A DNA stretch of 64,000 nucleotides from an uncultured Chloroflexia bacterium. GTDB lineage: Bacteria > Chloroflexota > UBA6077 > JACCZL01. Below the pieces are notes generated by a model. That model saw nothing but the letters and a program-made list of their open reading frames with translations. It was not told the origin of the DNA and ran no database searches. Each line of letters opens with the position of its first letter. The stretch's first letter is position 1. Location of the stretch: the NCBI GenBank assembly GCA_963765765.1, contig CAVXYC010000020.1:96001-160000 (forward strand). The letters are read 5' to 3'. A program made the position numbers and the translations under genes. Shown here piece by piece: positions 10,044 through 19,790 of the stretch.

Positions 10044-10964
10044 CTAATCCCCGGCCGGCTTGACCGCGTGCCCGCCGAACTTAAGACGCAGGGCGGCAAG
10101 TACCTTCTGTTGAAATGAGACTTCTTGCCGTGATGCGATGCGCACGAACAACGATTGTGTAATCACCGAGAACGGAATATCGTTCTCGATTGCCGTCGCG
10201 ATAGACCAGCGGCCCTCGCCCGTGTCGTCCACGTAGTCCGCAATTGCACTTAGCTTCTGATCCTCGCTAAACGCTGCCTCAGCCATGCGCATCAGGAACG
10301 AATCGACAATGCTGCCGTGGTTCCATAAATTGGCGATCTTGGCGAGGTCGAAGTCCTTGTACGGTCCGTTCGCCAGAAGCTCAAAGCCCTCGCCAATGGA
10401 CTGCATCATTCCGTACTCAATAGCGTTGTGGACCATGCCGACAAAGTGGCCGGCGCCATGCGGACCGAACAAACCATGCGCGCCCGAGGGGAGACAGAGC
10501 GCGTCAAGAGCCGGCTTCAGATCGGCGTACCCGCTCTCGTCGCCCCCCATCATCACTGGATAGCCGAAATCCTTGGCCACGATGCCACCGCTCACTTTGG
10601 CATCGAGGAATCGGATGCCCTTCTCAGTGATACGAGGAGCGCGAGCCTGGGTATCTTTGAAGAGGGAGTTCGCTCCGTCCACGATGATGTCACCCGATGA
10701 AAGCAGGTTGACGACGCCGTATTCAGGGTTAAAGAGATGCTGCTCGGTCGGCTCTCCTGCCGGAAGCATCAGCCAGACTACCCGAGGAGCCTCGAGTTGA
10801 GCGACAAGCTCAGCCGTGGACGCGGCGGGAATGGCCCCCTTGGTCGCCAGCTCACGCACTTTGTCCTGACTGCGGTTGTAAGCAACGACTTCCTGACCTT
10901 GCTTTAGCATGCGCTCGGCCATGTTCATGCCCATGCGACCAAGGCCGACGATTCCGATTCTCAT
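10044..10964 (-). CDS. gnd: 6-phosphogluconate dehydrogenase, short (YqeC-like) form
   Basis: IGIVGLGRMG, WLMLPAG, HNAIEYG, TGEGRW, FGGH; start at ATG 10964 after GGAGAGGAGG. Confidence 0.92.
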   Translation of the reverse strand: MRIGIVGLGRMGMNMAERMLKQGQEVVAYNRSQDKVRELATKGAIPAASTAELVAQLEAPRVVWLMLPAGEPTEQHLFNPEYGVVNLLSSGDIIVDGANSLFKDTQARAPRITEKGIRFLDAKVSGGIVAKDFGYPVMMGGDESGYADLKPALDALCLPSGAHGLFGPHGAGHFVGMVHNAIEYGMMQSIGEGFELLANGPYKDFDLAKIANLWNHGSIVDSFLMRMAEAAFSEDQKLSAIADYVDDTGEGRWSIATAIENDIPFSVITQSLFVRIASRQEVSFQQKVLAALRLKFGGHAVKPAGD

Positions 10965-11029
10965 TGTGGCCTCCTCTCCGGCGCTCTCGCGCCTTCCATC
11001 CTGCGATCTGTGTTGGTGCTGGCAGCGGC

Positions 11030-11554
11030 TTAGTATTGAATGATGCTGACGACAGATCGGCCTTCCAACCGATCGCGTCCCGAGAGAAATGTCAGCTCGG
11101 CTAAAAATGCGCACGCAACCACTTCACCGCCCAGCGATTCCACTAGCTCAATTGTGGCACTCACAGTGCCACCAGTAGCGAGTAGATCGTCGACAATGAG
11201 TACTCGCTGGCCGCGCTTTATTGCATCTCGGTGGATCTCGAGCGTATTTGTTCCGTACTCCAGCTCGTATTCCACACTCACCGTTTCAGCGGGAAGCTTG
11301 CCAAGCTTTCGGACCGGCACGAACCCGGCGTTCAACCGGTAGGCCAGCGGGGCCGCGAAGATGAAACCCCGAGACTCCATGCCGACGACCTGATCTACTT
11401 CGAAGTCTGACACGCTCGTGTAAAGCTGATCGATCGCGGACTGAAATGCGTCTGGGTCTTGCAATACTGTCGTGATGTCCTTGAACATGATCCCCGGAAG
11501 CGGGAAATCAGGAACATCGCGAACACGTTTGGAAAGCTGTTCAGGCGTCATCAC
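11030..11554 (-). CDS. apt: Adenine phosphoribosyltransferase
   Basis: PDFP..GI.FKDIT, ESRGF, LEYG, VDDLLATGGT. Confidence 0.96.
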   Translation of the reverse strand: MMTPEQLSKRVRDVPDFPLPGIMFKDITTVLQDPDAFQSAIDQLYTSVSDFEVDQVVGMESRGFIFAAPLAYRLNAGFVPVRKLGKLPAETVSVEYELEYGTNTLEIHRDAIKRGQRVLIVDDLLATGGTVSATIELVESLGGEVVACAFLAELTFLSGRDRLEGRSVVSIIQY

Positions 11555-11682
11555 AGGTGCGGCCCCAAGTGAGCGTAAAGACGCGGCGATTCTAGCATGG
11601 CGCCCGGTACCTGACGGGCCCGTTAGTTGCGGTTTAACGAATTAAATCCGCGCTAGTCCGATACAATGCGAGTGGATAACCG

Positions 11683-12918
11683 ATGACAGTACGGATAAGC
11701 ACTCTCGACCAACCTGCCCTGCAATGTTTCCTCGAGGAATCATCACGTGTCATTCGCCAATGCCTTGTCTCTACCGAGCATGGCCTGGGATTACTAGCAT
11801 CGCCACTTGATGGAAAGTATCCCTTTGTATATACGCGCCAGCATGCTCTGGCCGCTGTGATCCTGGGCGAGCTTGGCGATTTTGAGTCTGCTCGTGAGCT
11901 CTGCAAGTTCCTCATCAATTCGCAGTCTCGGTCTGGCTTCTGGGTGCCTCGCTACGACAGTCACGGGCGGGAATCCCATGATCGGATTGATCCCGATGTC
12001 ACGGCTCTGGTAGTTTGGGCGATTCTCTCCGTGGTTCGCCTGGCCAACGACGATGTATTTGGAGAAGCGGTCCGCGAGCACGTGGAAGAAGCCGTGCGAT
12101 GGTCGGTGGACCGAGCCCTCAACCCGTACATCTACCTCATGGAATCACCATCGTCGGAGACAGGCGCGAACGCGGAATTCGAGCTATGGAACAACTGCGC
12201 CCACGCAGCAGCGTTCGCCCAATGTCACCGGGTCTACGGTGGCGATCGGAATCGTCGCGTAGCGCTGCACCTGCGCCGAGCGATCGGGCAGCATCTAACG
12301 GTGGATCACAGATTTCTGCGTGGCCTGACTTCCGAGGGCTTTCCCGACCCACGCGCCGACATCAGCATGCTAGCGCCCTACTACTTTGGCCTCTGGGCAC
12401 CCACAGAGCGCACTGTTATCAACTCCGTCGACCTGATAGAAAAATCACTTTGGAATGTAGAAATTGGCGGGTTTGCACGAATACTACCGTTCTCCCCCGC
12501 ACTGCGCAGGCGACCGCCGGGCTCAATGCCACACGTGAGCGCCTGGATGGCGCGTTATCACTACGACGTTGGAAATACCGATCGCGGTGAAGGCATCCTG
12601 CGCTGGCTCATGGACTCGGGAGTTGACGGTAGGCTAGCCGAGATTCGCGTGCCCAGAACCTCAGCAGTTCGATACACCGCGGAGTGCCGACGCGCTCTGA
12701 CGGTTGATTCGGATCCGCCACGCCAGCTTTCGGACCGTCGAGCGAATCTTGAGCTGGCCCGCGAGCGCAAGCTCGCGGACCTCGATTCAATCGACAATGA
12801 TGTTCAGCGTGGGGAGATCGCGGACTCGGGTCGTCCGTTCGTGTGGGCGCATTTCGAAACTCTCCACGCGCTGAAGCGGGGTGGTTACCTCGATCACTGG
12901 AGCCCACTTCAGCAATAG
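11683..12918 (+). CDS. GH15/glucoamylase-like (alpha/alpha)6-barrel protein with divergent motifs
   Basis: LLAS..Y.FVYTR, D.SML, GGFAR, LAE, PFVWAH resemble GH15 blocks. Confidence 0.6.
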   Translation: MTVRISTLDQPALQCFLEESSRVIRQCLVSTEHGLGLLASPLDGKYPFVYTRQHALAAVILGELGDFESARELCKFLINSQSRSGFWVPRYDSHGRESHDRIDPDVTALVVWAILSVVRLANDDVFGEAVREHVEEAVRWSVDRALNPYIYLMESPSSETGANAEFELWNNCAHAAAFAQCHRVYGGDRNRRVALHLRRAIGQHLTVDHRFLRGLTSEGFPDPRADISMLAPYYFGLWAPTERTVINSVDLIEKSLWNVEIGGFARILPFSPALRRRPPGSMPHVSAWMARYHYDVGNTDRGEGILRWLMDSGVDGRLAEIRVPRTSAVRYTAECRRALTVDSDPPRQLSDRRANLELARERKLADLDSIDNDVQRGEIADSGRPFVWAHFETLHALKRGGYLDHWSPLQQ

Positions 12919-12925
12919 CGCAGCC

Positions 12926-13160
12926 GGTAGGACTGGCGTCCCTGCCTGTCCTGGGCTATCGGGTTGTTGATTGCTGCTGTACAGGCCGAGACGCCCAATA
13001 CCGTTTAGTGAAGGGCTGGGAGACTGGTGGGACAGTCGTCTCGACTGTCCCGTCCCCGATCAATCGTGAGTCTCTGGACAGTCGAGACGACTGTCCGACC
13101 GATTCGCGGGCGTTCTCCAGTCCTTGACGCAACGTGTTAGCCCGAGATGCCTGTCCCGCC
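12926..13160. repeat. Cluster of REP-like palindromes (GGGACAG.CGTCTCG.CTGTCCC family)
   Basis: Copies at 12926-12951, 13026-13051, 13076-13100 (inverted) and a half copy at 13143-13160. Confidence 0.75.
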
Positions 13161-13172
13161 GGCAGTATCTGG

Positions 13173-14412
13173 CAGGGTCTTTTCATTGTCGCGTGAGTCC
13201 GGTGAGCGCCAAGATGGCGAGCGGCCTTGCGGCATAGGTGCGCAGTGCCGCCGCGATGTTGGTATGGCCGGCGCGGCGCAGGATCCCGATGGCGGTATTG
13301 CGCAGGGCGGCCACGACCTGGGGCGCATGGCCCGTGCGAATCTGGCTGCGATCTTCATCGAAGGTGACGTCGCGCACCCAATGCAAGCAGTTCTCGATGC
13401 CCCAATGGCCCCGCCAAAGGGCGGCCAGGCTGGTGGCGTCGGCCTGATCCGGGTGGAGACTCGTGAGCGCATACCCGGCTTCCCGGGTGGTCCGCCCGTG
13501 CCGCGTGACGACCCGTTCAATGGTGCAGACCTGAGCCACATGCGGCCAATCGAGGTAGTCGTTCAGGAGCGTCGATGTCCGCAGCGTGCGCTCTTCCTGC
13601 CGATCGCCGTGCCGGCCGACGCTGCACCGCCCGAGCGAACGTCACACCGGGTGGGGGCTCCAGGGTAAACAGCGCCACCAACGCTTCCAGGAGCCGGTGC
13701 TGGTTGTCTTTGACCGCCCAGAAATACGCGCCGCCCGCCGCGACCACCTGATGACTCAGGGCACGCTGGCAAAATTGGGCGTCACCGGTGACCGTGACGC
13801 CGTGGAGGTCGAGATCGGCCAGCAGCGCCTCCGCCAGGCGCAGCTCGTGCTCCTTCAGCGTCCCCCTTTTTGGCCCAGCACCTGCCCATCCCGATGCGCG
13901 AAGGCGGCCACCAGATGCACGCCCGGAATCTGTTCGCCGTGGATCCCGCGGAGGTGCTTGCCGTCCAGCGCCACCGCCCCCGTGGAACCGGCCCCCTGGA
14001 CGCGGGCCCACTCGGCCAGAACCCGTTCGAAGGCGTCGCGGTCGAGATCGCGAAAGACCCGAAACACCGTCGCCACGCTCGGGGTGGTGGCCCGGGTGAT
14101 GCCGAACGCCCCGCGGATCTCGGCCGAGCCCTGATCCCGCCCCCACTGGGCGATCGCATACAAGCTGCGGGCCCCCGACACCATGGCGCACACGGCGAAC
14201 GTCAAGATCGTCGCCACGGAGTACCGGCAGCCGCGGCGATGGCGGGGATCCGGCACCGGGGCCAAGGCTTCGAGTAACGATGGAATGACCGCGTCCATGC
14301 GTCCCCTCCCGGAGAATTCCCCACCTCGCTCGAGGGGAGATTCCCAGCCTACGCCGGTCGGCATTCCTCCCTCATGGCCCCGTCGTCACAATCGAACAAC
14401 GAAAAGACCCTG
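13173..14412 (-). mobile_element. ISAs1-family insertion sequence (1240 bp)
   Basis: TIRs CAGGGTCTTTTCATTGT / revcomp CAGGGTCTTTTCGTTGT (16/17); 10-bp TSD CAGTATCTGG at 13163-13172 and 14413-14422. Confidence 0.95.
13183..14298 (-). CDS. ISAs1 DDE transposase in three frames (shifts ~13865 and ~13620)
   Basis: VPDPR..RG, ALDGK.LRG, VTGDA.FCQ, VKDNQ, HGDRQEER, RGHWGIEN.LHWVRDVTF.ED. Confidence 0.9.
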
Positions 14413-14576
14413 CAGTATCTGGCGCAATCCTATGCGTCCGACTCTGAGAGTGGTACTCTCTGCCGAGTGCGAGCAGAGATCCGTGGACCGCGAGTGATGA
14501 ATTGTCACACTCGGGTAGCCACTCCTAAGTCAGTCACGCTCCAGCTCGCGATTCGCCGTTAAAGGAGCCGTTCCCT

Positions 14577-16385
14577 ATGGCACGTGAATGGTCGGAGCCC
14601 ACTGAAGTACCCGTGGGCGTTGTTGACTCGGCAGGCTCTCCTGGCTGGGGATCCGATGTCATCATGGATATGCTGCGACTGCTCGACTGCGAGTACGCGG
14701 CCATCCTTCCTGGCTCCACGTTTCGCGGTATTCACGATTCCGCCGTGAACTATCTCGCGAATCGCGGACCCGAGCTTATCGTCTGCCCTCACGAAATGCT
14801 CACCATCGCCGTTGCCAATGGCTACTACCGTGCAACCGGTAAGCCGATGGCTGCGATCATCCACAATTTTGTCGGCCTCATTAACGCTTCCATGACGATT
14901 TACGACGCCTGGTGCGCACGCGCGCCGGTCATCATTCTGGGCGGTACCGGACCGGTAGACGCACGCAAGCGCCGCCCGTGGATCGATTGGATTCATACGG
15001 CAAACGTCCAGGGCAACGCGATTCGCGACTTCGTCAAATGGGACGATCAACCCGGGTCCATTGAAGCAATTCCCGAATCAATATTGCGAGCGTACCGACT
15101 GGCCGTGACCGAGCCAGCCGGCCCGGTGTACGTAAACTTTGACGTGACGATTCAGGAAGCTGATGTTCCACGCGACTTCGTACTTCCAGACCCGTCAAAG
15201 TTCGCGCCTGCCGCGTCACCGGCACCGGATCGAGAGGCGTTGCGCGAAGCTGCCAAGATGCTCATCGGCGCGGAGCAGCCGTTGGTGTTCGCGGACCGAG
15301 TCGGTCGGAATGCCGATGCCGTGGAGTCCCTCGTCCAGCTTGCTGACCTCCTTGCCGCACCGGTGATCAACGTCGGCGCCGCATTCAGCTTCCCAACGCA
15401 CCACCCCATGGACTTCACCGGTGCTGAGAAAGACCTCCTTAAGGATTCCGATATGGTCCTCGGCCTGGACGTCATGGATCTTGACGGGGCCCTACGACTT
15501 CCGGTGAACTACCTCACCCGCAAGGCCGAGCGCGCATCTGAGGATCAGAAGGTGATTAGCATCTCCTTGGAAGAGCTCATGACCAGGAGCTTGACCTCCG
15601 ACTATCAAGCGCTGCCAAGCGTGGACCTACCGTTCCTGGCGGATACGAAGTTAGCAATACCCTATTTGCTGGAGGAGTGTCGGTCGCTACTGTCCTCCAA
15701 CGACCGCACGCGCATCGACGCGCGGCGTCAGGCACTGGTTGGTCGCCAGGAAGAGCTCCGAGCCAAGAATCGCGCATACGTCGAGAGCCAGTGGGACCAT
15801 CCCGAGATCACTGAGACGCGGCTTGTGGCCGAGCTCTGGGAAGTCATTAAGGATGAGGATTTCGTCTTCACGCATGGCGGCTTTGTACGTATCGCGCCAG
15901 GCGTCTGCAGCGTGAATGGCCCCGCCCAGCATCTCGGCAACCTGGGCGCCGGAGCCGTCGGGGCTCGCCCGGGCGTTGCCCTTGGATCAGCCCTCGCGCT
16001 GAAACGCAGCGGCAAGCTTCCTGTGGCGCTAATGGGCGATGGCGAGTTCTTCGGGGCGATCCAGACGCTCTGGACGGCCGCGCATTACCAGATCCCCGCC
16101 CTGTGGGTCGTAAACAACAATCGGTTGTACTACAACGATGTGGGACACCAGGATCGGATCGCCAAGTTCCGCGACCGGCCACCGGAGAACAAGTGGATTG
16201 GCCTGGCCATCGACGAGCCAGCCCCGGATTATTCTGGCATCGCGCGAACGTTCGGCCTCCACGGCGAAGGCCCGATCAAGAGCGCATCGGAGCTTGGCCC
16301 AGCATTCAAGCGTGCCCTCGAGGCCGTCAAAACCGGCCGCATGGCACTTCTCGATGTCTGGACCGAGGGCCGCGCGGTAGCGTAG
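14577..16385 (+). CDS. Thiamine-pyrophosphate-dependent enzyme (benzoylformate decarboxylase/ALS-like)
   Basis: PGSTFRGIHDS, HE catalytic Glu, KWDDQP, GDGE...NN TPP motif; AAGGAG RBS. Confidence 0.9.
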   Translation: MAREWSEPTEVPVGVVDSAGSPGWGSDVIMDMLRLLDCEYAAILPGSTFRGIHDSAVNYLANRGPELIVCPHEMLTIAVANGYYRATGKPMAAIIHNFVGLINASMTIYDAWCARAPVIILGGTGPVDARKRRPWIDWIHTANVQGNAIRDFVKWDDQPGSIEAIPESILRAYRLAVTEPAGPVYVNFDVTIQEADVPRDFVLPDPSKFAPAASPAPDREALREAAKMLIGAEQPLVFADRVGRNADAVESLVQLADLLAAPVINVGAAFSFPTHHPMDFTGAEKDLLKDSDMVLGLDVMDLDGALRLPVNYLTRKAERASEDQKVISISLEELMTRSLTSDYQALPSVDLPFLADTKLAIPYLLEECRSLLSSNDRTRIDARRQALVGRQEELRAKNRAYVESQWDHPEITETRLVAELWEVIKDEDFVFTHGGFVRIAPGVCSVNGPAQHLGNLGAGAVGARPGVALGSALALKRSGKLPVALMGDGEFFGAIQTLWTAAHYQIPALWVVNNNRLYYNDVGHQDRIAKFRDRPPENKWIGLAIDEPAPDYSGIARTFGLHGEGPIKSASELGPAFKRALEAVKTGRMALLDVWTEGRAVA

Positions 16386-16502
16386 TTGCTCGATTCCGAC
16401 CAACGCTAAATGCGGTCTCTGTACTCGCCAGTGAGTTCGCTGGCGAGTACAGAGACCCGGGCCGGAACCGGATCATGCTTATTCATCGAGAGCAGCTGAC
16501 CC

Positions 16503-16730
16503 ATGAGATGCGGTAGCTGCGGAGCATCCTGCCCGACGGCGGAGCGCCGCACCTGCTCATGTATCAGAGTGACGGTAATCGACAACGGTTGCCGGGTCTA
16601 TCGCTGGCACTGCGGGTGCGGGCGGGATGCCCGCAGCTATAAACTACTTGAAGACTATTTCGCGCCTGTGCGTGATCAGGAACAAAAAAGGGAGCCGTAC
16701 AGCTCCCCTTTTTACGCTACGTCATTTTAG
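16503..16730 (+). CDS. Possible small Cys-rich protein
   Basis: CxxC, CxC and CxC among 8 Cys; weak RBS; 3' end overlaps a terminator. Confidence 0.3.
   Translation: MRCGSCGASCPTAERRTCSCIRVTVIDNGCRVYRWHCGCGRDARSYKLLEDYFAPVRDQEQKREPYSSPFYATSF
16684..16713. terminator. Bidirectional intrinsic terminator downstream of the LigB-like gene
   Basis: AAAAAAGGGAGC-CGTACA-GCTCCCCTTTTT. Confidence 0.7.
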
Positions 16731-16736
16731 TCCGAC

Positions 16737-17786
16737 TCATGTCCACCTGGCGAAGCACCAACCGCCACCGGTGCCAGCGGGAGTCCTAACGGCTGGGACG
16801 TACTCGATCAGCTCGAAGTCCAGATGCTCCAGTGCCCCGGAGGCCACGATCCAGTTGCGAATCTCCGAGGAGGCCGAATTAAGGCGCTCACGAGGAATCG
16901 ACCCGAGGATCTCGCCGTCGTGCTCTGCCATCCCCTTGATGACCATCCGATCGATCTCTTCATCCACTACAAAGTGGCTGAGACCGCCCGACGCGACGAC
17001 CGCGACTTTCTTGTCACTGTCCCACGCTTCGATACCCTTTCGAATGGCCTTACCAAGCGCATAACAGCGTCGAGGCGTAGGCTGGTTCGGCGGGTAACAG
17101 GTGTTGACGAACACCGGCAAGATAGGCATTGGATTATTGTCCATGAGCCGCTTGACCACGAATCCCCACCCGTGACCGATGCCAAAAGGCCGGGGCTTGG
17201 TTTCACGCTTCCACCAAACATAGCCCGATGGACCGATGCTGCCACCGTACGAGTCACGGAGGTAGCGCATGTGAGAGATATCGAAATCGCTATCGATCAG
17301 ATAGCTGATGAGGTGCTCGCCGAGTGCGGAATCGACCGGAACATCGAGCTCCTTGTCCCCGTACCCAGCCATGATGCGTCGCCGCATGTCGCTTGCATCC
17401 GGGGGGACGGATCTGGGCAGAAGCTTGACCGTATCGCCCCAGTAGATGCTAAACGCCGGCATATTGTCGTCGAACAGAATCTCATCCTGATCGTCGCTCA
17501 CGATGACCACAACGTCGGGCTTTGTATCCTGAAGAGTCTGTCGAACCTCGGCTATACCGCGCTGCAGTCTTTCGTGCTCAGACTGAAACTGCTCAGCGTT
17601 GATCCGGTCCGCGAACGACGGATCCGCTTCCTTGACTAGATCCTCGTACGGCGTTCGCTTCGCCGTCCTTGGTGAGATGAGCTCACGGTTGTTTGGATCA
17701 TTTGATGAATATTCAGGCCAGAGATCCGGCGTCAGCGCCAGAACGGGCGAATGCGACGTTCCGATGCCGAGAACGATTTCCGCCAC
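16737..17786 (-). CDS. Extradiol ring-cleavage dioxygenase, LigB-like
   Basis: GTSHSP, DDQ, GHG, NQPTP.RC, SGGLSH, SSEIRNW. Confidence 0.88.
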   Translation of the reverse strand: MAEIVLGIGTSHSPVLALTPDLWPEYSSNDPNNRELISPRTAKRTPYEDLVKEADPSFADRINAEQFQSEHERLQRGIAEVRQTLQDTKPDVVVIVSDDQDEILFDDNMPAFSIYWGDTVKLLPRSVPPDASDMRRRIMAGYGDKELDVPVDSALGEHLISYLIDSDFDISHMRYLRDSYGGSIGPSGYVWWKRETKPRPFGIGHGWGFVVKRLMDNNPMPILPVFVNTCYPPNQPTPRRCYALGKAIRKGIEAWDSDKKVAVVASGGLSHFVVDEEIDRMVIKGMAEHDGEILGSIPRERLNSASSEIRNWIVASGALEHLDFELIEYVPAVRTPAGTGGGWCFARWT

Positions 17787-17993
17787 GGGTCACCTCCCTC
17801 GACTCGATTCCAAGAGGATTCTGCCACGCCAGAAGTTCTGAAGCAACGACGCCATTGACATGAGAGTCGGCAGGGGCCATTACCTACCCGATGTGGCAAT
17901 TCACAATGAGAGACCGCCGACATCCTGTCGGCGGTCCGAGCTCCTGGGTCCTTCTTGTCCACACACGACGATGCAAGTCAGTCAGATTTGGCT

Positions 17994-19790
17994 TCACCAC
18001 GATGGAACATAAGGCTCAATATCGGGATCCTGTCCGCCCACCTGAAAAGTTCGAAGCACGAAAGCGGCAGCGCCGTGCTTCAGGAACACCCGGACGAGAG
18101 CGCGCGCGGCCACAGGCGGAATCACTGTTCGCCATGTTCTCAGCGCCATTGAAAGGTTCTTCAACTGGCTACGGGACGCCCCGCTACTGAGCGTCTCGGC
18201 ACCATATTGCCAATCCGCTCGGTCGGCGCCAAAGGGCAGGAGTGTGTGTTGGATGTCCTCCGCGAGCTCGAGAAGCTGCTCTCTTCTCCGCGCATCCTCC
18301 GGGTATTGAAGGCGCAGCCTCTCCTCATCCGCGCGCTCTCGCAAGGCGGCCATAAGCCACCTGACTGCCGAGTACAACGCCTGATTTGCATCCTGAGCGC
18401 AGTTGTACGCGGCCGAAACGCTGACTCCGCCGCGTCCGTCAGCGATTCGATAGCGGGCGGCCATGACCTCGAGCGCATCAACAACGGCTGTCAGCGCTGA
18501 GCGTTTTCGAGGGTCTGCTTCAAATCGGCCCGTGAAGCAGTCCAATTTGAGCAGGATGTCTTGAATCGGCCGTATACCCAGCCAGCCGAATTGACGGTCG
18601 CCACTATAACGGCTCCAGTGCAGCGCCCCAGCAGTCACACCATCCGTGTTCTGCGTGTAGATCTGGCGATAGACGATGTCGAAGATTAGCTCATCAGCGA
18701 GTGGCTCACGCGTGACTCGCGCGCTGCCAAACGCAAAATGTCCCCAGTAAAATGGAATTTTGGCAGTCGGCTCGGCAACATTTCCGCCGATACGGCCGTA
18801 AAGATGAATCAGCAGAGCCTCTTCGCCCTCACTCCAACTGACCGCCGGCCCATCCGGCGCGATCTCGGCCCGAGTGAACTCGCCCTTGCACGTGTGCGCA
18901 GCCTCTTTCCAAGCTTTTGGTGAGAGATAGTGCTTGACATCCTCGCCAGCAAGACGAAGACTTTCGTGGCTCAGGCGCAGAAGAGCTCTGGGCGCGAGCG
19001 ACCGAACGACGAACATCCCATCTGCATCAACCGCTCCGTATGCATACCAGCCGTGTTGATTAGCTGGAGACGTCTCAAGCCGCACGTTGCTCGATGGGCG
19101 CGCGCCGTAGAGATTCGCTTCTACAGTCGGTACTCTCACGACTTCCCGCGGTCCGTCAAAGTCCCTCGACACCCGATTGAAATGCACAACCGTGTATTGG
19201 TCAGCATCAGCAGGGTCGACTGAAAGGAACTGGACAAGAGCGTAGTAGCGACCGGTAACCTGGACCGGCTCCCCCGGTGTTCGGATGATGGGCCGCTCAT
19301 CCACGCCTGACTCCAGCTCCACAGGCCCTGTCAATCGAACGACGATATCGTCTTGAGGGTGCGATCCCGCCAGCGACTCGAATGGGTTCACGAGGTCCCA
19401 TCGATTCACGCGCTCCGGGAGGATCAATCCATCAGCCACCATCTTCTCGGAGTTGGGGGTGAAGGCAACCGGGCGGGATTGACTCCAGAAGTGCGCATTG
19501 GTGCGGGCGTCGTCCGACCAGCGTAGCCGGATAACCTGACCAATGAGATTGGCGTGCTCCGGCGGCGCCAGGTGAACCTCGAAAAACGTACCCATGGTCG
19601 ACTCGCGTTCATGAGCCGCCGGCAGGATGAGACGACCTACCCACTCACCTATCGGTGCATACAGCTCCAAGTTCGGATGTGCTTCAAGTGGATAGTGACT
19701 GGGTCGATTGAAGTCGGCCTCAATGTATTTTGCATAGTTGCTCGAAGGAAGCTTCTTTTCCACGGCCGGCGAGCGCGTCTCGAGGCTCAT
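17994..19790 (-). CDS. 598-aa uncharacterised protein with WGHF...YNC motifs (putative permuted papain-like enzyme)
   Basis: Long ORF; ATGA overlap with the upstream gene; resembles, from memory, the soluble part of cyanobacterial proteins labelled CAAX protease/Abi. Confidence 0.7.
   Translation of the reverse strand: MSLETRSPAVEKKLPSSNYAKYIEADFNRPSHYPLEAHPNLELYAPIGEWVGRLILPAAHERESTMGTFFEVHLAPPEHANLIGQVIRLRWSDDARTNAHFWSQSRPVAFTPNSEKMVADGLILPERVNRWDLVNPFESLAGSHPQDDIVVRLTGPVELESGVDERPIIRTPGEPVQVTGRYYALVQFLSVDPADADQYTVVHFNRVSRDFDGPREVVRVPTVEANLYGARPSSNVRLETSPANQHGWYAYGAVDADGMFVVRSLAPRALLRLSHESLRLAGEDVKHYLSPKAWKEAAHTCKGEFTRAEIAPDGPAVSWSEGEEALLIHLYGRIGGNVAEPTAKIPFYWGHFAFGSARVTREPLADELIFDIVYRQIYTQNTDGVTAGALHWSRYSGDRQFGWLGIRPIQDILLKLDCFTGRFEADPRKRSALTAVVDALEVMAARYRIADGRGGVSVSAAYNCAQDANQALYSAVRWLMAALRERADEERLRLQYPEDARRREQLLELAEDIQHTLLPFGADRADWQYGAETLSSGASRSQLKNLSMALRTWRTVIPPVAARALVRVFLKHGAAAFVLRTFQVGGQDPDIEPYVPSW

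Noticed and set aside
12926-13160. Repeats as a CRISPR array
   Set aside because: Copies are degenerate, in both orientations and irregularly spaced; no cas genes in the window
14577-17786. TPP enzyme and LigB-like gene as one novel pathway
   Set aside because: Convergent genes separated by a terminator; both families commonly occur as scattered paralogues
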